Source: a virus
Taxonomy: Duplodnaviria; Caudoviricetes
IMG/VR virus record: IMGVR_UViG_3300025168_000109
Coordinates: 1 to 54,880 of that record
Length of the DNA: 54,880 bases
Direction: 5' to 3' (one strand)
Both the position numbers and the translations under genes were made by a program. The notes under the pieces were generated by a model. That model had not been told where the DNA came from and ran no database searches. It saw only the letters and a list, made by a program, of their open reading frames with translations. Of this stretch, positions 9,118 to 19,012 are shown piece after piece. How positions within the stretch are numbered: the stretch's first letter is position 1; each line of letters opens with the position of its first letter.

Positions 9118-9596
9118 TGAAATATACTCTTACACAGATATATGAAAATTATAAAAATAATGTGGAAGATCCTGTTAATTCTACTGTGTTTAAAAATATT
9201 TGTGGAGACTTTAATATTCTTATTATGGATCATATTCTAGAAGGTAAAGAATTTAATATGGGATATAATATATCAACTCTTTCTATTGTAAGAATGAAAA
9301 GAGATCCTAGATCTCCTAGAGTAGATTGGGCAGAGTCTAATAAATATAAAGAAGAATTAAAAATGTCTGGAGAAAAATTATATGATAATGAAACAGGCGA
9401 AGGAGTTAAGTGGCAGATATATTTTACAGATGAATACTATTATAAGTATTATTGGAGAAAAAGTAAATGCACAATTCCTAACAAATCAGTATATAGATTT
9501 GATGCAACTAGAGGTATGAAAGGAAACAAAGAACGATTAACTAGATTATTAAAAGAAGATGACTTGGCGTATCTTAAATTTAAAAAATATAAATAA
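9117..9596 (+). CDS. IHF/HU-like protein of the crAss-like tail module
   Basis: Basic 159-aa protein with an HU-like segment (IMDHILEGKEFNMGYNISTLSI). Synteny upstream of the tail tubular and stabilisation genes. Confidence 0.55.
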   Translation: MKYTLTQIYENYKNNVEDPVNSTVFKNICGDFNILIMDHILEGKEFNMGYNISTLSIVRMKRDPRSPRVDWAESNKYKEELKMSGEKLYDNETGEGVKWQIYFTDEYYYKYYWRKSKCTIPNKSVYRFDATRGMKGNKERLTRLLKEDDLAYLKFKKYK

Positions 9597-10471
9597 TGGC
9601 AATATATAAACTTATATCTAGCAGAGTAATAATTAGAAAAATAATGCGTGACCTTGGGCCCTCAGACTTTAACTGGTTAGATGATGCTATAGAATGGATG
9701 GGAGAAGCTTTAGAGCATATAGGAGCAGCACCACAATTAGAAAAGAAAGTGTGTTCTTTAACTGTCAAAGATTATACTACTTGTTTACCTTCTGACTTAT
9801 ACTATATTAATATGGTAGGAGTTAATACTTTTGTAACAAGTACAACTCAAACTGAAATACAAACTTTAACTACTAAGATTGCTGAAGTTAAAGCTATATT
9901 AGATGCAAACCCAGCACAAGAAGTAAATGTAGAATTAGGAGAATTAAATTCTAGATTAGCAATTTTAGAAAGCGCATACTGGAATGACCCTAAACAAATG
10001 TCTCCTTTATCATATGCTACATCTGAATTTCCAAACGCATTACATTGTGATAAATGTGTAAATATGAATGCTGAAACAAAAGAAACTTATTTTATTAATG
10101 CAAATAAAATTAAAACTTCTTTTGAAACTGGAGTATTATGCGTAAGCTATATGGCATTTCCAACAGATGAAGACTGTTATCCAATGCTTCCAGATGATAT
10201 TAGTTTTAAAGAAGCTATGTTTTGGTATGTATATAAAAAACTTTTATTAAGAAATCCTAACTTTAAACCAAATGGCATGGACTATCCTATGGCAGAAGGT
10301 CAATGGAAGTATTACTGTACGCAAGCTAGGAACGCAGCTAACTACCCAGACATAGACAGAATGGAAAGCTTTATGAACCAATGGGTTAGATTAATACCTA
10401 ATATGAGTAATCACGACGATTATTTTAATGACTTAAATACAAGAGAGCAATTAAGCAGAAGAGTAAACTAA
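9596..10471 (+). CDS. Tail tubular/ring protein (crAss-like Ttub)
   Basis: Motifs AIEWMGEALEHIG, LPSDLYYI, SYMAFPTDEDCYPMLPD and WKYYCTQA. Lies directly before the muzzle gene. Confidence 0.7.
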   Translation: MAIYKLISSRVIIRKIMRDLGPSDFNWLDDAIEWMGEALEHIGAAPQLEKKVCSLTVKDYTTCLPSDLYYINMVGVNTFVTSTTQTEIQTLTTKIAEVKAILDANPAQEVNVELGELNSRLAILESAYWNDPKQMSPLSYATSEFPNALHCDKCVNMNAETKETYFINANKIKTSFETGVLCVSYMAFPTDEDCYPMLPDDISFKEAMFWYVYKKLLLRNPNFKPNGMDYPMAEGQWKYYCTQARNAANYPDIDRMESFMNQWVRLIPNMSNHDDYFNDLNTREQLSRRVN

Positions 10472-10472
10472 T

Positions 10473-13400
10473 ATGGCAAAATTTAATAAAGGATTAAATA
10501 GAGACACTGACCCTTTAGATCAACCAGAGGGAAGTTACAGATACGCAAAGAATGTAGTTATTGAACCTAACTCTGGATCAATACAGTTTGAGCGTGGAAC
10601 AGGAGATGCTTTATCTCTTTCAGGAGCTTATAATCCTGTTACTTCAACAGTAGCTTTAACTCCTGGATATAATATTGTAGGAACAATTGTATTGCAGGAT
10701 GATACAGTTGTAATGTTTTCTGTGTATCCTAACTCTGCTACTTATATTAATGCTGGTACTTCTGAAATTGGTTTATATGATCCAACTACTAATACATATA
10801 CTACTGTTTTTAATGATTATGCTCAAGCACCTGCAGGAGAATCTCCTTTAAATTTTAGAAAAGAATATCCTATACAAGGAGAATTTAAAATTGATGGTAC
10901 AGGAAGAACATCTGTTTATTGGACAGATGATAATGAAGTTATGAGGTTTGTAAGAATATACTCCCCACCTATTACTGGTACAGCTTTTGATATGGAAACT
11001 TTAAATATATTTCCTTTATTATCTATAGCTCCACAGCCAGAGTTTAGTGAAATTACATCAGGAGTATTAGGATCAGGAGTTTATTCTTTAGCTGTAGCTT
11101 TAGTAAATGAAGAAGGAACACCTACTAATTATGTTAACTTATCTAATTGGGTTAAAATTACTGATGACCAAGAACAAAACTCTTTTACTGAAGTAAGTTC
11201 ATCAGGAGGTAGTCCTACTAACTATACTAGTAGTACTTTAAACAGTCATAGTGTTATGAATTATGATGGATGTCTTCCTGACACTCCATCAGCTAAAGGT
11301 ATAAAGTGGGTAGTTAAGAATTTAGACTCAAGATATACTTTTATTAGACCTGCTATTATATATAGAATAGGAGGTGTTTTACAAGCAATACAACTGCAAG
11401 ATGTAGATTATGATACAGCAATAAGCACTAGTAAAATAATATCATATACTGGTAATGAAACTGCTGAAGCAATTCTTTTAACAGACGTTTTAATAGCTCG
11501 AGAAAGTTATGTACAAGCTAAGACTGTAGCTCAAGTAGATGATGTTTTATATTGGGGTAATTTAGTTAAATCTAAAATAGATATAAATTATCAACCATAT
11601 GCAAACAATATAGAAATAGAAGCTGTATTTGCTAATGATGGTTTTTTACCAACAAGAAGTGTAAATGGAGTTTCTGTAGATTTTAGACCCGAAGACGGAG
11701 CTGGTAGAACTGCTGACTTTCAATATTTTTATAAAGGGTATCAAAGAGATGAAACATATGCTATATATATTTCTTGGATTATGTCTGATGGTAATGAGAC
11801 AGTAGCTTATCATATACCAGGAAGAGAAAAATTAACAGTAGGAGATTATGGAGGGACTGATTCTTCTACTGGTACTTTAGCTACTGAAACTTCTTTAGCT
11901 TCTAATTTAAATGTAAATATACCATGTAGAGATACAGGTACTTCAGGTATGGGACCAGTAGCACCTTATAATTCTCCTTATGCTCAATATGAAGAAATGT
12001 CAGGAATTGATATACCATTATTTAAAGCTACTACATATGGAGCATCTTTAGGTGGATCTAATGGAATGGGGTATTGGGAAAATACTTCTGAAGCATATCC
12101 TAATGATATTAATTATCAAGTACCTTTAAATGCTGATGGTACTAATTCAACTAAAGCTAGCTTAGCGGGAACTCCTGTTAGGCATCACCATTTCCCTTCT
12201 GCTATTACAGGAGAGAATGGTACTGGTAATGATGGTGGCCACATATGGCATAAAACAAATTTTCAAGGAAGGTATCAAAGCAATGTTATAAATCCTTTAG
12301 GGTTTAGAGCTAAAAATGTTCCTATACCAGCTTCAATGGTAGGTAAAGTAATTGCTTATAAATTACACTATGCTAAAAGAGATGAAGCAAATTCAACTGT
12401 TTTAGATGCAGGTATATTTAACAGTACTCCAAGTTATCACGGAGGTCCAAGGTGTGGTAAATGGGGAGCTGATCCTAAGAGTGGTCACGGAGACGCAAGT
12501 TGGTGCCCAGACTCAACTCTTTCAAATCCTAAAAATGGGTTTGAGGTTGCAGGACATACTTCTAATTGTTTTTCAGCTAATGTTACATACGCAGTTCAAG
12601 CTCCACCAGGAGGAAATGATTATACAGGAACAGGAAAATTTTCTGTAACTGAGCCTCAACCTAATTATGTAAGTGGTAATTATGATGATGTTACAGAAGG
12701 TGATATAGTTACTACTCCTTTTAGCGCTATGCATGCTCCTTATTCTAATGTAGGAGACGATGGTCAAGTTCAATGTGATAATGACTTTAACACTGAAAGT
12801 TTGCTAACCGTTTTACCGGCAGCTAACCATCTTAGTTTTAACGGCTTACACTCTCATATAAATAGTCCTGATACTTCAAACGCTGCTTTTATAAAACTTC
12901 AACGACATATTAGAATAGGGGGTGGAGGGAGTATGCAATCTACAGACTACAATCAGCTTTTAGGATCTGCATATATAAGACTTGATAATGATGGTAATCC
13001 AATTAGATCTAGAAATAAAGCAGCAACATTTTTTAATTGGACTATATTACCTCCTGTTGATTATGCATTTAATGCAAAATTAAATGGTGCTTTATATAAT
13101 ATAGATGAAGTTCAAGGTAGTGCTTCTAATCCTGTTGCAGGGACTTTTTATGGTAATTTTAGAGCTATAAAAGGCAATAGCTTTAAAAAAATAAATGCTG
13201 ATGAGATTGTTGGTAACGGATTAGGATCAGATATTATAAATTCTGGAGGATGCCAAACATTTTATTTACAAACTGTAAATAATATAAAAACACATAGCTA
13301 CGGTATGTGGATGAAGTTATACCATGCAACAGCAATACAAAAAAATATACCTTTTAACTCGTCAAGTGGGTCTTGGAGTATGAACTACCCAAGTTATAGA

Positions 13401-15884
13401 GTAGGCCAGCATAATTTTATGATAAATAAATATGATGAGACTGGTCAGGGTGCAGGTACATGGGCTTTTACTGAATGTGCTATAGGAGATCCTCAAATGG
13501 CTGGTAATGGAAATATGAGAGTTAACTGGGCAGATGGTTGGACTGGAACACCTGGAGCAACTTTTAATACAGTATTTTATCCTTGTAAAATATATAATGA
13601 TGGTAATAGTAATTCGTTTAATGAGCAGCAAGTTACGAATGATGTAGGAGAACATGTAGTTCAGTATACTGCATATGGAGCAATACACAGAAATATAGAT
13701 ACGCTGTATAATACTTTTGACACACAACAAGATCTTGTATATACTGGACACACACAAGATATTACAACTTTAGTTATACCATCTACAGGATTAATGTATA
13801 ATCCTGCTGACAAAATTTTTGGAGGTGATACATATATAGGATATTATTGTGAGACAAGATCTATGAAAAATGATGGCCCTACTATGAACGGACTAGATGG
13901 TAATGGTCCTAACTATTGCTCAGGTATTAACCAAAACAATAATAGTTTTGGGCTAATAAATTCTACACAAGATCATAGACAAATAGGTTCTTGTTGCAAT
14001 TTAATGGCAAACTTTGATTGTGCTTACGGTGATTGTAGTAATTTATCATTTTTTAATGGTCATAATTCAGGTGGATCTCAACAAGAACTTTATGCAAATC
14101 CTGCTAGGTATGGGCACTACACTTATGGTGTTATGGGAGACGTGCACGGAGTTTCAAGTGAAGATATTACTCAACAGCTTTACATTACAGAGTCTAAAAT
14201 AAATATGGTAGAAAGACATTCTGCAGACAATCCAGATGTTAATGAAGCATTTTATCCTTCAACTCATAGACAAAGTCCTGATATAGTTAATTGGAATAGT
14301 GGCCCTAGAATCTATACATATGATTCAACTATGCACAGCTTAATGGATGTTTATCCAACTGTAGCTTTTAATCATTTAAATAAAATTTCTAGCCAAACAG
14401 ATTTTCCTACAAGAATTATACGTAGTGTAAGATATAACAAGTCAGGATTAGTAGATAATTTTAGAACATACTTACCTGGAGAATATAGGGATTTACCTAG
14501 AAATAGAGGAGAGCTATGGAATCTATCTGTGTATGATAATGTTTTATTACCTCAACTAGAAAGAGCTCTAATGAAAACAAAAGGTAAAGAAATGTTAGAA
14601 GCTGGAGGTGGTATAGGAAGTGTTTCAGAAATTGCTTTAGGTGATGGTAACTTATTTAAAAGTGATCCTAACGAAGTCTTATATACTGAAAGAGGTTATG
14701 CGGGTACATTATCTCAATGGGGAGTTTGTACTTCTAGATTTGGACATTTATCAATAGACAAAAGAACAGGTAAGATATTTTTACTTTCTGATAAATTAGA
14801 AGAAATTTCTTCATATGGAATGAGAAAGTTTTTTGCTAGAAGGTTACGTGCTTGGGCATTAGAAGATTATGGATTACCATATAATATAGATATGCCTACT
14901 TTAGGTATAGGTGTTATAGCTACTTTTGATCCTGAACATTCTAGATTTATTATAACAAAATTAGATAAACAACCTACAACATTATTTGATCAGTATTATA
15001 ACTTAGCGCCTGGAGCAAATAATAAAATAACTTGGAATAGTTCTATTAAATTATATCAAAGATTAAACTCAAACACTTTACTTAACACTCCTATAGAATT
15101 TGATAATCTTGCATATTTTAAAGATGTAAGTTGGACAGCCTCTTATTATCCTGCTCTAAAATTATGGGGATCTTTACATGACTACGCTCCTAAATTATAT
15201 TTTTATACAACTAATAAATTATATTCTATAACTGGTACTTCTTTACAAAATATATGGCAGCATGGATTTGCTACAGGAACGACTGATATAACTGCTACAT
15301 ACAATATAAGTGAGTATTATGGTCGTGATTATGATGTTGTTTTTGAATATATAGATAATGTATCTCCACTAGATAATAAGTTATATTTTAATATTTCTTA
15401 TGAAATAGATGTAGATTCTCCTACAGATTTAGAAGCAGGGGCTAGACATACTTTTCAAGATTCAGGATTTACACATTATAATGTATATAACAGTAGACAA
15501 GTAAGTCAAGAATTACCTTTAGTAGAACCAGAAGGTACAAATAATAATTTATGGTCTTCTGCAACTGTTAGAAGAAAAGAAAGATCTTGGTATGCTAAAG
15601 GTTTTAGAGACGATAGACAACAATTAATTTCTTTTGGAGCAGTTACTGATGCCCCTATAGATACACCAATTCTTTTAACAGATTATCTAAATGGTGATGT
15701 AAATATGAACATTGCAGCTTTAGATACTTTAACTTTATTATGGAATCAAAGACGTAAAATGGTTGACAAATGGATGGCGATTAGACTTATCTCTAGAAGT
15801 GGTTACAATACTGGGCGTGAAATTAAGAAAAAATTAGTAACTTTGCACTCTGCTACTGCAGGCAAAAGAAAAACCTCTCGATAA
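10473..15884 (+). CDS. Tail stabilisation/muzzle protein (crAss-like Tstab; P22 gp10-like role), 1803 aa
   Basis: N-terminal FNKGLNRDTDPLDQPEGSYRYAKN, plus LNF...PI.GE, VYWTDD, LYWGNL, GYQRDETY, LEEISSYGMRKFF, WTASY...WGSLHDY and RRKERSW. Beta-rich. Confidence 0.8.
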   Translation: MAKFNKGLNRDTDPLDQPEGSYRYAKNVVIEPNSGSIQFERGTGDALSLSGAYNPVTSTVALTPGYNIVGTIVLQDDTVVMFSVYPNSATYINAGTSEIGLYDPTTNTYTTVFNDYAQAPAGESPLNFRKEYPIQGEFKIDGTGRTSVYWTDDNEVMRFVRIYSPPITGTAFDMETLNIFPLLSIAPQPEFSEITSGVLGSGVYSLAVALVNEEGTPTNYVNLSNWVKITDDQEQNSFTEVSSSGGSPTNYTSSTLNSHSVMNYDGCLPDTPSAKGIKWVVKNLDSRYTFIRPAIIYRIGGVLQAIQLQDVDYDTAISTSKIISYTGNETAEAILLTDVLIARESYVQAKTVAQVDDVLYWGNLVKSKIDINYQPYANNIEIEAVFANDGFLPTRSVNGVSVDFRPEDGAGRTADFQYFYKGYQRDETYAIYISWIMSDGNETVAYHIPGREKLTVGDYGGTDSSTGTLATETSLASNLNVNIPCRDTGTSGMGPVAPYNSPYAQYEEMSGIDIPLFKATTYGASLGGSNGMGYWENTSEAYPNDINYQVPLNADGTNSTKASLAGTPVRHHHFPSAITGENGTGNDGGHIWHKTNFQGRYQSNVINPLGFRAKNVPIPASMVGKVIAYKLHYAKRDEANSTVLDAGIFNSTPSYHGGPRCGKWGADPKSGHGDASWCPDSTLSNPKNGFEVAGHTSNCFSANVTYAVQAPPGGNDYTGTGKFSVTEPQPNYVSGNYDDVTEGDIVTTPFSAMHAPYSNVGDDGQVQCDNDFNTESLLTVLPAANHLSFNGLHSHINSPDTSNAAFIKLQRHIRIGGGGSMQSTDYNQLLGSAYIRLDNDGNPIRSRNKAATFFNWTILPPVDYAFNAKLNGALYNIDEVQGSASNPVAGTFYGNFRAIKGNSFKKINADEIVGNGLGSDIINSGGCQTFYLQTVNNIKTHSYGMWMKLYHATAIQKNIPFNSSSGSWSMNYPSYRVGQHNFMINKYDETGQGAGTWAFTECAIGDPQMAGNGNMRVNWADGWTGTPGATFNTVFYPCKIYNDGNSNSFNEQQVTNDVGEHVVQYTAYGAIHRNIDTLYNTFDTQQDLVYTGHTQDITTLVIPSTGLMYNPADKIFGGDTYIGYYCETRSMKNDGPTMNGLDGNGPNYCSGINQNNNSFGLINSTQDHRQIGSCCNLMANFDCAYGDCSNLSFFNGHNSGGSQQELYANPARYGHYTYGVMGDVHGVSSEDITQQLYITESKINMVERHSADNPDVNEAFYPSTHRQSPDIVNWNSGPRIYTYDSTMHSLMDVYPTVAFNHLNKISSQTDFPTRIIRSVRYNKSGLVDNFRTYLPGEYRDLPRNRGELWNLSVYDNVLLPQLERALMKTKGKEMLEAGGGIGSVSEIALGDGNLFKSDPNEVLYTERGYAGTLSQWGVCTSRFGHLSIDKRTGKIFLLSDKLEEISSYGMRKFFARRLRAWALEDYGLPYNIDMPTLGIGVIATFDPEHSRFIITKLDKQPTTLFDQYYNLAPGANNKITWNSSIKLYQRLNSNTLLNTPIEFDNLAYFKDVSWTASYYPALKLWGSLHDYAPKLYFYTTNKLYSITGTSLQNIWQHGFATGTTDITATYNISEYYGRDYDVVFEYIDNVSPLDNKLYFNISYEIDVDSPTDLEAGARHTFQDSGFTHYNVYNSRQVSQELPLVEPEGTNNNLWSSATVRRKERSWYAKGFRDDRQQLISFGAVTDAPIDTPILLTDYLNGDVNMNIAALDTLTLLWNQRRKMVDKWMAIRLISRSGYNTGREIKKKLVTLHSATAGKRKTSR
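15838..15848 (+). promoter_or_regulatory. Putative Bacteroidota primary-sigma -7 element upstream of the cargo genes
   Basis: TAACTTTGCAC matches TAnnTTTG, about 40 nt before the ATG at 15884. No clear -33 TTTG element. Confidence 0.45.
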
Positions 15885-17068
15885 TGAAGTATAAAAAGAA
15901 ATATAATGAAGGAGGTAGTGCTGGCTATGGTATAGATTATTCTTATAGAGATAATATGTTAAATAGTAGTATAGCTAAAGAAACACAATTTAACGCAGAT
16001 AAAAATAATTATTATACAAACTTAGCTAATACTACTTATCAAAACACTACTAGTGCTATTCAGGATGAGTATAATAATACTATGACTAAGGCTAGTAGCG
16101 AAGTAGCTGCAAATAAACAAAAGACTGCATTAGTTACAAAAGGACTTGGAGCAGCTTTTAATTATAAAGCTCCAGGATCTAAAACTAGTTACGGACAAGA
16201 CGTAAATAACTATCTTGGGCAAGAAACAAATTACCTAGGTATGGGAGTAGAAGAGGGTAATCAACTTGATCCTGCAGGATATGTTAAAGACAAAGTAATT
16301 GATCCTATTAAGAATACTTTTACAAACAAAGCTGCAGCTGCTGGTAGTGCTGTATTGTCTGAAGCTCCTAATCAAACTTTAAAAGGAGCAAGCGCTAGTT
16401 ACAATCCTGAATTCTTTTCAAATGTTGGAGGTAATATTGTAAATGACGCTACAGGAGAAGTAGCAGAAACTTTAGTTGAAGAGGTAGGTGGAGACTTAAC
16501 AGCTAGTATAGCAGAAGATGTAATAGGCGATGTAGCTTCAGATGTTACCACAGATGTTGTCACAGACGTTGTAACAGACACAGTAGTTGACACAGCTGCA
16601 GATGCTATAGTTGACACTACTGTGGATGTAGGAGCTGATGTATTAACTGACGCTACAGGTAAAGCAGCAGGAACAGTAGCTAAAGCACCTATTAAAGGAG
16701 GTGGATGGACAATAGCAGCAGATATAGGATTAGATTATTTAAGTAATGATAATGATGATTCTACATACACAGGAGGAGAAGTTGCTACAGATATAGCTAG
16801 TTTAGGTTTAGACGTTTTAACAGGAGATTTTCTAGGGGCTGGTATGCAAATATGGGACATAGGTAGCCAATGGGTTAGACGTAATAAACTTCAAAAACAG
16901 AAAAAATCAGCGCAAAAAAAGATGAAAAAAGATCAAGCAACTGCTACTATAGATAGAAGAGAAGATAAGTATGACGCTAAAAAATATGTAGGTTATAACC
17001 AAAAAGCAACAGGTAAAAGATCAGGCTTTGGCCGTGGAGAACTTGGAGGCTTTAGTAAATATATATAA
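15884..17068 (+). CDS. Putative internal virion/ejected cargo protein
   Basis: Follows the muzzle gene. Has an acidic D/T/V repeat tract, Gly-rich hydrophobic helices and a basic coiled-coil C-terminus. Confidence 0.6.
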   Translation: MKYKKKYNEGGSAGYGIDYSYRDNMLNSSIAKETQFNADKNNYYTNLANTTYQNTTSAIQDEYNNTMTKASSEVAANKQKTALVTKGLGAAFNYKAPGSKTSYGQDVNNYLGQETNYLGMGVEEGNQLDPAGYVKDKVIDPIKNTFTNKAAAAGSAVLSEAPNQTLKGASASYNPEFFSNVGGNIVNDATGEVAETLVEEVGGDLTASIAEDVIGDVASDVTTDVVTDVVTDTVVDTAADAIVDTTVDVGADVLTDATGKAAGTVAKAPIKGGGWTIAADIGLDYLSNDNDDSTYTGGEVATDIASLGLDVLTGDFLGAGMQIWDIGSQWVRRNKLQKQKKSAQKKMKKDQATATIDRREDKYDAKKYVGYNQKATGKRSGFGRGELGGFSKYI

Positions 17069-17070
17069 AT

Positions 17071-19008
17071 ATGAACTTTAAAGAAAGATTAAAACAAGCA
17101 CTAAAAACTCCTAATAAATTTGGATCAGGAGGTTATATTGAATACGCTGGAGGAGGCGATCAAATTGTATATGGAGCAAGACATTCTCAAGGAGGTGTTA
17201 TGAGAGATTCTAATACTGAACTTGAAGGAGGTGGATTTGATTCTCAAGGTAATCCAAAAGCAGGGGAAGTTATTACTACTGTATATGATGATGGGGGTAA
17301 ACCTCAAGAGTTTTATATGTCATATAAAAATGGTGTAGCTCAGGACTACTTGCAAGCTAAAGAAATGGCTGGAGGACAATTAAATCAAGCTCAAAAACAA
17401 GAGTTTGCTAAACAAAACGAAAGCATGAATCCTAATGGAAGTCCTTCTGATATTGCTGCAAATGGTGGATATATGAACTATAAGCATGGAGGAGCTCATA
17501 ATAGTGATGGAAGCAAAAGAGGTTTTTGGGACAATGTACATGCAAAAAGAAACAGAGGAGAGTCTCCTGATAAAAGGGAAGTTTCTTCTGACACAGCAGA
17601 AAGATTTAATCTTGCAAATGGAGGTATGGAAAAATACTTTATGGGAGGAATGCAAGGAATGATAGATCCTAGAGACCAGGCATTGTACGGGCAAGGTGTA
17701 GATAGAAGATCAGGATATTCTTTAGCTGATGGAGGTATGAATCCTTATGACTATATGATGGGAGGAGTTCAGATGGAGTATGGTGATGGAGGATTGCCTG
17801 ATTGGTTATACAAAGCTAGAGGAGAAGCTATGCAGAGAAACATGGGGATGGGCGGTTATCATTCTGATGAGTATATGTATGGTGGTAAAGATATGGAATA
17901 TGGTTCTGGAGGTTTACCTAAATGGTTATATAAAGCAAGAGGTAGAGCGATGGGAAAGGAAATGGAACAGGGAGGTAAAAAACTTTATCCACATGGCGGA
18001 TCCCATGTTCCAGATTTAAATTTAAATATGATGCCATCTGATAATCCTACCCCAAGAACAAACTACGCAGAATACGCAAACATATATAAGGGTGGTATAC
18101 CTCTACAAAAAAATCAAAACAACGGAGAAATTAGACAAGGAAGAGATAAAATGGGCTTTGGAGAAAAAGCTTGGGATGTAATTACAAACCCTTTAACAGC
18201 TTTTAAACAATATGGTAAATATGGAGAGTTGCAAGACAACTTTCAAAACATGGAAGAAGACAGTCCATTAGAAACAATGACAGAGTTTATTAATCCTGCA
18301 GCAGTTGCTGACATGTTATTTGAATATGGTAAGAGTGTAAAAAACGAAGGTATGACAACTGAGAACTTAGCACAAGGAGCTTTTATGTTAGCTTTTAGAA
18401 AAAGAATGCCTAGATTAAAAGGAGCTGATTTAAAAGCACAAGCAAATAAACTTTGGAATAAAGTTAAGAAAAACGAAATGTGGGCTAATCCTTTAGGGGG
18501 TTGGAACGGAAGTAAAATATCTTTAAAAGGAGTAAAAGATTATACAAATAAAGCTGGCGAGCTTGTAAAAGGTAATGTTGTAAAAGTTACAGGTAAACCA
18601 GGAAACTATACACAAAAATCGTCAACTCCTATGCTTACCTATCTACCAAGAACAGGAGGAGAAAGAGTTAAGAATGTTATTAAAAAATCAGGTAAACTAG
18701 GAGCTGTATATGGACCTACTGCTATAGGATATAATATGTCTACTTCTGAAACAGACACAAGTAAAACAATGGATTATAGGCTAGGAGATGGAGACTTTAG
18801 CATATTAACTGGAACTCAAGGGCCAACTGCAAACACACTAAACCCTGACACTATTCCAGTAACACCCTCAGCAGAATTAGAAGATTTAGGAACTACAGAT
18901 AGTATTCCTTTCACTGCTGTAGGAGATACTTTAAATATAGAAGGAGGTAATTGGAGAAGATTAGAAAATAGCGCAGACGGTAATATGAACTGGGAACAAA
19001 TAGATTAA
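17071..19008 (+). CDS. Putative internal virion/cargo protein with many hydrophobic-x-x-GG motifs
   Basis: Contains a GARHSQGGV...ELEGG motif of the kind seen in crAss-like cargo proteins. The N-terminal half is Gly/Met-rich and low in complexity. Confidence 0.6.
   Translation: MNFKERLKQALKTPNKFGSGGYIEYAGGGDQIVYGARHSQGGVMRDSNTELEGGGFDSQGNPKAGEVITTVYDDGGKPQEFYMSYKNGVAQDYLQAKEMAGGQLNQAQKQEFAKQNESMNPNGSPSDIAANGGYMNYKHGGAHNSDGSKRGFWDNVHAKRNRGESPDKREVSSDTAERFNLANGGMEKYFMGGMQGMIDPRDQALYGQGVDRRSGYSLADGGMNPYDYMMGGVQMEYGDGGLPDWLYKARGEAMQRNMGMGGYHSDEYMYGGKDMEYGSGGLPKWLYKARGRAMGKEMEQGGKKLYPHGGSHVPDLNLNMMPSDNPTPRTNYAEYANIYKGGIPLQKNQNNGEIRQGRDKMGFGEKAWDVITNPLTAFKQYGKYGELQDNFQNMEEDSPLETMTEFINPAAVADMLFEYGKSVKNEGMTTENLAQGAFMLAFRKRMPRLKGADLKAQANKLWNKVKKNEMWANPLGGWNGSKISLKGVKDYTNKAGELVKGNVVKVTGKPGNYTQKSSTPMLTYLPRTGGERVKNVIKKSGKLGAVYGPTAIGYNMSTSETDTSKTMDYRLGDGDFSILTGTQGPTANTLNPDTIPVTPSAELEDLGTTDSIPFTAVGDTLNIEGGNWRRLENSADGNMNWEQID
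17773..17952 (+). repeat. Diverged 60-nt in-frame duplication (17773-17832 and 17893-17952)
   Basis: Encodes MEYGDGGLPDWLYKARGEAM and MEYGSGGLPKWLYKARGRAM. Confidence 0.9.
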
Positions 19009-19012
19009 AATT

